64,000 nucleotides of DNA from Macrostomum hystrix. Taxonomy: Eukaryota > Animalia > Platyhelminthes. The notes below the pieces were generated by a model. The model did no database searches. It was not told the origin of the DNA and saw only the letters and a list, made by a program, of their open reading frames with translations. The DNA lies in assembly GCA_950097015.1 (NCBI GenBank), contig CATNEN010000001.1:23312001-23376000 (forward strand). Reading direction: 5' to 3'. The position numbers were made by a program, and so were the translations under genes. Within the stretch, counting starts at the first letter, position 1; every line of letters begins with the position of its first letter. Of this stretch, positions 13,826-23,964 are shown piece by piece.

Positions 13826-15537
13826 ATCATTTACACATTCCACAAATGAGAATCACCGTCTTCATTAATCATCTGCAACTGAATCAATCGTGCCATTTCT
13901 TCTGTGTGGCCGAAACTTCCAAAGCGCGTTGTTTTTCTATCTTCTATCTTCTATTATTGATATACTGTGTGAAAAATGGCAATAATTGAGCTATCGAGGC
14001 GCCACCTACTGTATAGGCAATCAGATAGTAGCTCGTGCGATAATGCTTTTTTCCTCCATCCCGCCAGTTCCTGACTCTTACAATGCAGTCAAATCAATTG
14101 TTTCCAAATTCATGTTGGATGAAAGGCCTGTCTAAAGCAAGCTCTGAAAACAACTAGCTACTCAATACCTACTCAAAAACAGCTACTCAATTTTTCTTGG
14201 GAAAGTAGCATGTGGAAATATCCTATTATAATTTGGATAGGTTTGGTAAAATGTTCCTGTAATAAAATGAATGTCCTAGCTGGAGCGTGAGGTATTTAAA
14301 GCTAGCGACTATTCACTATTCACCGGGGTCGGTGTCCTACCAATCGTTTCAATAGCAGCAGGGAATCTGGAATTAAATAGCGTTAGAAACTGTTAGCGAG
14401 CGAAGCGGAATAGATAAGCGATGAGACCCGAGTGTCCTCCGGCCCGGCGAAACTCCCAATGAAAAAGAATAACACAGTATGAACGCGAAGACTCGAATAA
14501 TTTGATTAGGAGTGAGTTAATTGGCTGTGACTAAGATTCCAGATACGAATAGGAATTACTTTGAATATCGTTTACTTGACTTAAAAGTTATACTGACAGA
14601 ATAGATGTTCACACGGAAATAAATTATAGCGCGCTCACAGTGAGAAGCAAGTCTGGTCTAACAATTTGGATATAACAATTTTTTACTTAACTGGCCTACA
14701 TCCGCGCCCTACTCTTCCCGAGAGGCTCCGGTTGTCTCTGCTTTCAGCGCTGCCCCGACAGATCCTATCGGTTGGCACTCCTTCTGCCTGACGGCGGAGT
14801 CTCCGAAGAGAGCACGTACTGACTTCGACAACAAGCGCCTATCTAGACCACCCTTGTCAGCGGCGCACTCTCAAGACGCGTAGCGCCGAAAGCTACCTAA
14901 CTGAACAAGCGGAGTGTGGTCGGGCGGGGAGGGACAAAACAAGTGGACTAGTTGCACGTGCTTCTCACAGTGTGAGGCGAATTGCAGAGAAAGATAATTT
15001 GCACGTGCTTCTCACAGTGTGAGGCGAATTGCGAAGAAAAAGAGAATAATTTGGACTACAAAAACACGCTTCGTTATATAGAGTCATTTTAACCCCAAAT
15101 TAGGTCGATCGGCGAGGTGGATGCCTGGCTGTAGCTTGAGCCAAGGCGACAAATCGCAGTAGACTTGCGACCGCCATTCTGAGCCCCGGGGTCGTTTCTT
15201 GCCGAGGGTAGACAGGTAGTGAGGCCGGGTCGCTCGCTGATTGGCCGGGACCGTAGCCCAGGGGTAGCGCTCGCGGGGTGGTGGGCGTCCGTTCCCCCAG
15301 CTGGTCCGGCCCGGCTTGGCGTGGGTGAACTCTTAGCAAAAACACGTCTAAAAATAAGTACTGAATAATAACACGGGCAAACAAGCTGACACCACATTCC
15401 AATTAAGCATTCTTCAAAATACACATTGTGTCATATTGTCCGCTTCAGGTCATCTTCATTCCCCACCTAAAAAGTCGTGTCATTTTGTCCGACCGTGTCA
15501 TATTGTCCAGTTCGTGTCATTCAGTGCTCTTAAGGCC

Positions 15538-15968
15538 AGACAAAATGACCTTGAATGGCTGAGAGGCTGGCCGGACAAAATGACCTTAAATGGCTTAGAG
15601 ACTGGCTGGACAAAATGACCTTAAATGGCTGAGAGGCTGGCTGGACAAAATGACCTTAAATGGCTTAGAGGCTGGCCGGACAAAATGATCTTAAATGGCT
15701 GAGAGGCTGGCCGGACAAAATGACCTTAAATGGCTTAGAGACTGGCTGGACAAAATGACCTTAAATGGCTGAGAGGCTGGCCGGACAAAATGACCTTAAA
15801 TGGCTTAGAGACTGGCTGGACAAAATGACCTTAAATGGCTGAGAGGCTGGCTGGACAAAATGACCTTAAATGGCTTAGAGACTGGCTGGACAAAATGACC
15901 TTAAATGGCTGAGAGGCTGGCCGGACAAAATGACCTTAAATGGCTTAGAGACTGGCTGGACAAAATGG
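15538..15968. repeat. 35-bp minisatellite, ~12 copies, two alternating variants
   Basis: ggacaaaatgaccttaaatggc(tgagaggctggcc|ttagagactggct); inverted partial motifs gtcattttgtcc/gtcatattgtcc at 15429-15510. Confidence 0.9.
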
Positions 15969-16204
15969 ACATCAGGCGGGGAAAGAGAGAGGATTGAGTT
16001 ATATATATCATGTCAAAGATAATGTGTAGAACACACGACAGACACAGAAGAATATTACAGTTTTAAATTGTAATTTTTTCTTTGTGCTGACAAACAAATT
16101 AGCTAATTATAATACGAGTATATTTCGAGATTTAATTGAAGAAAATGCAATTAGTAAAAATTTGCGAACTTGTTTGAGTGCATATGCATACTTTTGACGA
16201 GTTA

Positions 16205-16393
16205 CCCGTTGTTCCCTTCTCCGACAGATAGACAAAAATCCGACAGTGTCGGACATTGTCCTATAAGTTTACTCAACAATGTTCGTCTGCCTCCGACAAT
16301 CTACGACAGTCTCGTTTTCTCCGACTTTCGCTGACAATTTCCGATAAAGTGGCATAAATAATTTTCTTCTTGTCGAAGAAAGGGAACAATGGG
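16205..16393. mobile_element. piggyBac-like MITE
   Basis: Terminal inverted repeats cccgttgttcccttctccgaca / tgtcgaagaaagggaacaatggg; right flank TTAA, left flank GTTA; internal ccgaca repeats. Confidence 0.6.
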
Positions 16394-16443
16394 TTAAGTC
16401 AGTACTACAGTTTAGTAATACAGTAGACTTAGTTACTAGTCAG

Positions 16444-16760
16444 TTAAACTTTCAAAAAGTGCTCGAGGCGCTCCAATCTCGACATTTTTAAAGCCAGCTT
16501 CAGTTTCTTCATGGAAAGGATGAAGGCCTGGCTTTTAGCCTCGAAGCCAATGCCATGGTTTGCCGCGGGCCGCACGTTGTCGACCCAATCCCGGGTTGGG
16601 GGCTCGTCCAAAAACTGCACATGGACGCGGTTGCCACGTGTAGCTAATTTGCCTCTTGGCGGCAAGCAGACAATTGCAGGCCACCACTGCTCGCCATCGC
16701 CAGGCCAAAAGGCAAGCACCAAGTCACCCGGCTGCCAGGTGTTGTGATTGCTTGGTGCAG
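16444..16760 (-). pseudogene. PWWP-domain fragment
   Basis: WQPGDLVLAFWPGDGEQWWPAIV...VHVQFLDEPPTRDWV matches the PWWP consensus (GDLVWAK..G.PWWP.+V...HVQFF....RAWV). Confidence 0.7.
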
Positions 16761-16764
16761 TGAT

Positions 16765-16955
16765 GCCGCTGCGCTCCGACGCGGGGGCGGTGGCGCTGCG
16801 CATCGACGCGGCGGCGGTGGTGGCGCTGCGCATCGACGCGGCGGCGGTGGTGGCGCTGCGCTTCGACGCGGCGGCTGTCGTGGCGCTGCGCTTCGACGCG
16901 GCGGCGGTCGTGGCGCTGCGCTTCGACGCGGCGGCGGTCGTCGCGATGCGTTCCG
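16765..16955. repeat. 30-bp GC-rich tandem repeat, ~6 copies
   Basis: ggcgctgcgc(a/t)tcgacgcggcggcggt(g/c)gt repeated. Confidence 0.9.
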
Positions 16956-16964
16956 ACGCAACTC

Positions 16965-17126
16965 ATGCGTGAGAAGCAACTCAACCAAGTCCTCATTGCC
17001 AGACAGGACCGCACAATGCACAATAGAGTGTCCGCGGGAGTCAACACATCCAACATCTGCCCCATGTCGGATGAGACTTTGAGCACACTGAGCATGCGAC
17101 TCGGTGGCTCGGGAAAATTCTTCCAT
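16965..17126 (-). pseudogene. Ankyrin-repeat fragment
   Basis: CAQSLIRHGADVGCVDSRGHSIVHCAVLSGNEDLVELLL fits the ankyrin consensus. Confidence 0.7.
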
Positions 17127-17279
17127 CGAGGCTGCAACAGCGCACAGCAGACTAGTTCGGTGGGGAATCGTGCCGCTCGTGCACTGGCGAATGCTTTGAG
17201 CGCAGGATTTGTTCCAAAGTTGTCAAGTCTGCATCCGCTGCTGCTTGAAACAAAGTGACGTAGGATGCAGTCTAAAGTG

Positions 17280-17950
17280 TCGTGAAACGCATTGGCCGAC
17301 AGCCTCGCCAAGGCCGGTTCGACGGGTTCGCTTTTTGGCCCCGTGCCTGCGGTCTCCACCCCTACCGCCGTCGTCAACACTCGGATTAACCAGTGGGTGA
17401 CCTCAAAGCACAAGGACAGATGGATCAATACCGCCGATTGTCGGCAGTCTCGCGCTGCTGTCCCTTGTCCCTCCACTGCCCTTCGCAAAGCCTTGCTTGG
17501 ACTGAACCGCAAGGACATCAGGGCAGTCACCATGGCCCTCTCTGGCCATGGCTGTTTCGCCAGGCACCGCTTCCTGCAAGGCAAAATCCGCAGTGAGGAA
17601 TGCCCCTTCTGCCTCTCCTATGTTGAGGATGCAGAGCATTTTATTTGCGACTGCCCCGCCTTCACTCAGGACCGGCTCACCTATCTCGGCCCAAACCCGG
17701 ATCTCCCCGACGTTTTCAGGCCTGAGAACATCTGCCAGCTCGTCCGATACCTGAGGGCCACCGGGCGAGCAACCCTCCACCTCCTGGACACTCCGGAGGA
17801 GGACCGCGCTGCGGACGCCGGCACCACCGGATCCCCATGCGCGACACCGCAGCTCTAGTTGCCCGTGGTCGCCAGGGGCTAGCGGAATGGGCGGCAACGC
17901 CTCCCCGCTGCATCCGGAAGATGCCCCCTGCAGCTAAGTCAAGTAAGTCG
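17280..17950 (+). mobile_element. 3' fragment of LOA/R1-like non-LTR retrotransposon
   Basis: ADSLAKAGS (RNase H C-terminus) ... [14 protein letters not shown]...[12 protein letters not shown] (CCHC-like C-terminal motif), then stop and short 3' UTR. Confidence 0.8.
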
Positions 17951-19610
17951 TGAAACGCAATAATAAAGATGCAAATAAAAAAGCTCGTAAAGATAAAATG
18001 CTTTTTTAATACCTTCAAGGTATAATAAAACAGAACATTTAACTTACTGGGCTGCTTTGACTTCGGACGTCTGCACTTTTGATTTTGCTAAAAAGGTTTT
18101 TTATTTAGCAATTTTTAGACTTATTTACCAAAGCAATATTTTTTCATCAATGAAAATTTAAACGTTTAAATATAAGTTGTAACTCTTAAGCTAATCATTA
18201 AAGCTATAAAAATCGTTTTTAGTAGTTGCAAATTAAAGTACCGATCATCAGCACACTACAAGCTAGTCATGCACTTATTTTAGATACTTTACTTACTCGT
18301 ACAAACGAAAAGATTGAGCGAAGCTACGAGTACGTAAAAACACGCACGGAACAAATACTTTGCATCTATCGCGACCATATCCAGCCACTTGATCGTGGTC
18401 CCGCAAGGCACTGTTAGGCAGACCAAATGAAGTGACTGATGGTCGTGACACGCCTCTGTAAAGAGACGCAGTACCGTGACCAGTAGCGCATCGTCCTTGA
18501 ATCGAGTTAACGATAAGCTTTTACTTAGCTCCATCTGAACTACGCTGTACGAGTACTTGTGCGCCGATTCGTCAAAAGCTGTCACGCGTAATTTTATAGT
18601 TCCGTCTATTTGATCGAGCTCAACCATGCTTGTGTCGTGACTAGGAAGTCTGTCATGCTGATTTTCGATACCTCTCGCCTCTAGATACCAGTTGCAAGCC
18701 TCAAATTCATCGAAGAGCACGCAAAGATATGTTGGAGTTGATCGGAAAGTTTCACCACTTGACGAAAAATTCTTCCTGAAATCTGGCATTCCGCTCCTTC
18801 AAGCTGAAGGTCATTGTTTTCAGTGGACAGGGGGCTCCGTCTCCGATTTTCAGGCGGAGGGAACACTCAGATACTGTGATCATCTGCTCACCTGGGACTC
18901 TAATTAGATGCATGACATGCATCAGTATTAGACATGAAGGCGCCAGTAAGAAGCCGCTTCACTTGCTCATGATCGAGGCGCTCCTTGAAGTCGAACAGAC
19001 ATTTCACTGTGCTTAATTCGCATTGAATGCTCATTTCTGGCAGGTTCAGACCCTTCAGGCATCGGTATGCCTGTAGGCAGAGATTGTAGAGTAATAACTC
19101 GCTGCGATATTCACTGGCTTCAATGTTTACCGCTTCGTTTGTTTTAATGACAATATTATGATAAGTTGAAGTCCAATGAACACAACTTTCCTTTTCTAGA
19201 GTGTCAATTGGTTTCGCTGAATCAGTGGCAACAAAAGTAATTTTGCAACACTTCTCGTCTGCTTTCGGTCTCGAAATATAATTCAAAATTAATGAATATC
19301 CTCTTCTTTTAGGCAGTGTGTACTGAGTGTTGCCTTCAATGCGCAGACGATTGTACATGCTGAGAACCGCCATTTTTCCATTTTTTGTGGCTGCTTACTA
19401 CTTCGGGTTCGCCATGCTGAATGCATGAACATGTTTTGCCAGTCGCAACACATAAAATGTATAGGGCTTTGCTGATATCAGACTCAGCGTACATGAAGTG
19501 TGCGTAATTGTTCTTAGCTACTCGCATTAAAAACGGAGAGAGATATTTGAGTAGAAACCGACCAGATAATAATTTTGACCAGTTCTAAGACGTACGTAGC
19601 CTACAACCTA

Positions 19611-19905
19611 GAGGTTGTAGCCTAGTGGGTAGGGCGTCGGACTCACGACTTGAAGGTCGGGGGTTCGATTCCCGACTCCACTGGAACAATTTGCGTCCTT
19701 TAGCAAGACACTTAACTCTGCATTGCTTCAGTTCACCCAGCTGTTAAATGGGTACCAGCATCAGCTGGGATTATTGAAGGTGGGTGTGGCGTCCCCCCAG
19801 TCCGTGGACTGAACAGCTGTACGCAGCCTTCAGATGCGCCGCGCATTAGCTGCGGCTGTGCTGTCGGCTGCACATCTGACCCAATTGGGGCAGGTGTAAT
19901 ATAAA
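19611..19905 (+). mobile_element. tRNA-derived SINE, family A (CORE-like central domain)
   Basis: A-box TAGCCTAGTGG, B-box GGTTCGATTCC; central gcaagacacttaactct...cagtt...ctgttaaatggg resembles the CORE domain; related copies at 37683 and 48293. Confidence 0.8.
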
Positions 19906-20184
19906 AAAAGACGTACGCTTTTATATTTCTCCATGGTTATAGTATTTCCAACCGGTGCTGCCTTTTCTGTCCTTGCAAAAGCGCACTGAGTTGGTCTCGC
20001 ATTCTGCAATGAAATCTGCCTGGCGTAAAACAATTTTCTGTGAACAGTCACTTACCAACAGTACGAGCGTACCAAAATTCGTGGTTGCAGAAGATTAATA
20101 CGTAAATGGCTGAAGGTCGTAGTGTTCGAAAGGCGTATATACTTACAATACATAAAATTAAATTTCAGTTAGCTATCTACTTTT

Positions 20185-21065
20185 CACTTCCTCGGCTGTG
20201 AGCATCCTGGCCGGGACAGTGCACACCTGCCTGTTGAGCCTGCTGTCAGGTCTCAGCAGCACTCACAAACCATGGGCTCAATCACTCTCTGCATCTCGCG
20301 ACCTTCAATGCTCGCACCCTCTATCAAAACTGGAGGCTGCTTGAGCTATGCAAGGCGCAATCGACCTCTATCTCGGCATAATCGCCGTCTAAAAACATCG
20401 CCGATCTGGTCCTGAAGACCTGAGGGCTCTGCTTGACCTCCATTACTACTACCGGACGCATTGGCCAAGCCCCGTCGCCACTGCCGACCGCCGCCTTCAT
20501 GTCTTCTGCGTCTATGCTCCGACTGCCACAAGGACCATCGTGGACGACTCTGTCACAACCAATTTTTACAACACCTTGGGCCAGGCGCTGGATGGCCTTG
20601 CAAGCGTGACCATTGCTACATCACGGGCGACTTTAACGCTCCTGTGACACCTGATGGTAAAATGGTAATGAATAAATGCGGCAGATGTTACACAAACTCC
20701 TCAGATGTTCCTCAGCAGCTTCATGACTGCCTTCGACACCTGCGAGCTAGGCTTTCTGCTACATCGGCGTGTCGGTAATGAGCACTGATGTGATTGTGGA
20801 GACACGCAAGTGTATGGCCTGGCGCGCCACGTACCTACTGCGCTCGATCTTTAGATCCGAGGCCGCTGACCAGCTCAAGCTGATCTTGTCCCAAGCAGCA
20901 GTTGAATCTGTGCTGGCCCATGTCTTTGAAGCGGTTCCCTCAAGCCGGCGAACAATGCCACCATCGACGCTGCTCACCGGCAGGTGATGCAAGCTGCTCT
21001 GAGCATCAGCAATAACGAGACCATCAGTAATGCGGACCTCTACGCCGTTGTCCGCTTCTTGCCAG
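20185..21065 (+). mobile_element. RTE-like LINE, 5' part (APE, internal deletion), interrupted by Gypsy
   Basis: HLATFNARTL, VFCVYAPT and GDFNAP (APE) in shifting frames; RKCMAWRA..., LKLILSQAAVESVL (post-RT region typical of RTE); RT core absent. Confidence 0.75.
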
Positions 21066-21735
21066 TGTTGTGTCTTGGCCTAATGGCCGACGGAGGGAGA
21101 TGGGATTGGGTCCACCGCACGAGACACCTAGGTCCCAGCACAACCCTGCCTAGGCCTAACAAGTCTGATTGGTTCCGCGAGAGTTCGCAGAACCAACAAC
21201 CCTGGGACTAGCGAGAGTTCACTCGTCTCAGGTCCCTAACGGAGCGAAAGTTCACTCAGTCTTCCCACCGGCCCAACGCGGCACTCCCGGAAGAAAGAAG
21301 ACACGAACTCACCTATGTATTCTAACTCAAGCTGATAGCGGAACAGCGTGTATTGGCGGTGCGTGAATAATGAACAAGATCCGTGGCAGATAGAAAACAC
21401 AAGCGCGCGGCTTTGCAGATAGAAAAACAAGCTTATATATTTACGGTACAGGGGTAGAGAAGGGAGACAGACAAAGCCTGGGGCCACAGGACTTACCGGC
21501 CCCAGCCAATGCGAATGGTCCAGGCGGGGGAGGTGGAGAGGGGGGAGGCGGGGCTTGCGCAACGCTTGGGCATGTGCAGGTGGGCGCAGAGCAGAGAGAG
21601 GGGCTAGGCCAGGGTTGAGGCGTAAGCCTCTTACAAACCCTGACCTAGGCAGGCACGGGCGCAGGAAGGGGTGGGGCAGACATAAACACGGGTCACACAC
21701 AGAGCAGGGCAAAAGTGCATATGCACGGCACAACA
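21066..21735 (-). repeat. Gypsy 3' LTR (670 bp)
   Basis: Matches 28897-29557 apart from ~4 substitutions and 7-bp and 2-bp indels (counted by eye). Confidence 0.97.
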
Positions 21736-21755
21736 TCCTCCCCCTCCAAGAAAAA
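21736..21755 (-). other. Polypurine tract
   Basis: Minus strand TTTTCTTGGAGGGGGAGGA immediately before the 3' LTR TG. Confidence 0.9.
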
Positions 21756-22011
21756 GCAGAGCAGAAGGGGGAAATAAAAAAGCATTGCATGCGGAAAACA
21801 ACAGGAAAAAACAAAGGCTCACTGCACGAACACTTGTAAAAGTTGGGGTTTGGACCATAGACAAATACGCACCCAGGTGCCAAAGCAAAGAACGACTTTG
21901 AAGAAAACAAGTAGACGCACGCCAGAAAACAGAACACCCAACACCAGCATAAAAACAATAGGACAGAAAAATAAATTGTCATCAGCAAGGATACGCAAAA
22001 GCAACGTAGGA

Positions 22012-22830
22012 TTAATCAAAGAGTCGGCCGAAAAATCGGCTCGCGTTTGTAGCAAAAAGTTGAGTCCAATACTCACGACGGCAATCACTGTCAGCTAGGG
22101 CATCTGGCACAAAATTTACGGCGGTCGGGTCCTTGGGGTCTCCACCGAACGGTGAGGCAGATGTCACTAGAAGACGATGTCGCGGAAGTCGCCTAGCCCG
22201 TTGCACTGCTCGTGGGGATCCACGGCGACGGACTGATACCTCGAAGAATACACCGTGGCACACGTCCACGAGCACAGTCTCGACGGCTGCCGGCATGTCC
22301 AGGTCCTCAGCCAGCATGATGTACATAGCGTGGAACTCGTGCTGCTGGAGGAATCCTAGGGCGACCGCCCAGGCAGGTTCACAACCGATAACTCGGAACA
22401 GGACCGGTAGACCGAACTCCTTGGCTAGGAGAAACTGCTCCATCGCTGCAGTCAGCTGATCTTGCCGCTGTGAGCTCGTGACGTCCCAATTGAGCTCGAC
22501 TTCGCCGACAGCAACGGCACGCGGCCAGCCACCCGCTAGAAATTGTCGCAACTTGTCTCGCAGCGACGGCCACCACGTTGCAGACTCCCGTTCAGGCCCA
22601 GGGCGAACACGATCCGACGATCTTACAGCAATGGTTGCACCACGGGACAATCCCGACGTAGGCAGTAAGGTGAGTTCACAATCGCCAAGCATCGACGCAC
22701 ACCACGAAGATCTTCGGTTTGTATTGGTCGGCCCAGTCTAGTTAGATACGCCTTGGCATCGACCAAGTGTTCCTCGGAGCCGACACCGTGCTGGCCGGCG
22801 CTGCTATCGCGACTCAGCTCCTGGCCCATT
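22012..22830 (-). CDS. TatD-family (amidohydrolase TIM-barrel) homolog carried in the Gypsy; likely catalytically inactive; one frameshift near 22640-22690
   Basis: HLVDAKAYL ~ lvDsHcHL; AVAVGEVELNW ~ VVAIGECGLDF; EQFLLAKEFGLPVLFR ~ QL.LA..L.LPV.IH; RLPRHRLLVTSASPF ~ IP.DRLLIETDAPY; ATNASRFFG ~ T..NA.RLFG. Confidence 0.75.
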
Positions 22831-23191
22831 TCGGCTGTCCTTGGCTGCACTGAGTTCTCGCTGATCGGCGTTGCGGTCGACGACGAATCGAGCAGTCTTG
22901 CCATCAGGGCCTGCGAAAGGTGCGGCCCGTGACCTCGCCCTCCCGGGCGCCGCGCAGGGCCGGGACACACTACTAGAGACAGGGACCAGAGCCTCCTAAG
23001 CAAGGGACCCCCCAACTCGCAACTCAAAGCAACGCACCGCTAGCACAACACACTCAAACGCTGCCTGCAACACCGAAGGCGGAATCCGCCGACACCTCCC
23101 CGACCCAACACCGCGACCACGCTTCCTCCCATACTGATTACTCAAAAACGAAACAGACATGGCTAAAAACCTTGACAATAAAAACCTAAAC

Positions 23192-23671
23192 CTAAAAACC
23201 TAAAAACCTAACCCTAACCTTGACAACCCCTTTAAGAAACTTTGCCACCTTGCGAACGACTAGGCAAGCTCCATCACTGTCACCAACCCTAAAGCAGGAC
23301 AAAAGCGCAACTCTCAGCCGTTTACACTCAACGACTGCGGCTGGAGTTAACAACTCGGTTGGGATCTCCGCGGGAATTGGAACCTCCTCAGCGTCATCTT
23401 TGAGGCTGGTCAGAGCTAACTTGACATGCTCCGGCAAAGCAACATTCGGTGGAGGATTGAAAAAGTAGGCGTACTTTAACACCCCTTGGCACGCAGCTTC
23501 TCCATCCCGATTGTACACTTCTCGGAACACTGGATCAGTCAAGACACAAAATGCCATCACGTCTCGCGGAGACTCCGGAGACTGTCTCGGCCGATACGAC
23601 GACGGGCCGTCGAGAGTACATTCGACTACACGCTGCCTCAATTTCTGCAGAACTAGCCGTCCGACCCACAC
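23192..23671 (-). CDS. Orphan ORF inside the Gypsy 3' region (up to 159 aa)
   Basis: Open frame with globular-protein-like composition, same strand as pol; no motif recognised. Confidence 0.4.
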   Translation of the reverse strand: MWVGRLVLQKLRQRVVECTLDGPSSYRPRQSPESPRDVMAFCVLTDPVFREVYNRDGEAACQGVLKYAYFFNPPPNVALPEHVKLALTSLKDDAEEVPIPAEIPTELLTPAAVVECKRLRVALLSCFRVGDSDGACLVVRKVAKFLKGVVKVRVRFLGF

Positions 23672-23964
23672 CTACACCTACTTATAATGCCATACAAGTC
23701 AGTCGGTGTCTCCTGCGATCACATGTTGATCCTGCAATTTTTTTTGACGGTAAAGATTCCATTTACTACCGGTGTCTACCCGATTACCAAAAGCCATCCC
23801 GGATTGCCCGCCTCTAATGCCGAACAATGAAATGTAATGGAATACCTTACGAACGATGACGCAACCTGTCAATGTTATTTTTTTCTTTTCTTTTTTAGTG
23901 CATTTTATGATTTTTTGTTCTTTTTTTATCTTCCTTTGTGTGGTGTATGTGGTTTTTTTTTCTT

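Noticed and set aside
11536-13868. Long + strand ORFs (for example 12605-13576)
   Set aside because: Antisense shadows of the GC-rich LINE ORF
19611-19685. tRNA gene (also 37683, 46320, 63490 and 63665)
   Set aside because: A/B boxes are present but the cloverleaf is imperfect and, where the sequence continues, it runs into shared SINE bodies; treated as SINE heads
21236-21988. 250-aa hydrophobic ORF as a possible env gene
   Set aside because: Runs through the T-rich 3' UTR and into the LTR; hydrophobicity comes from base composition; no env motifs
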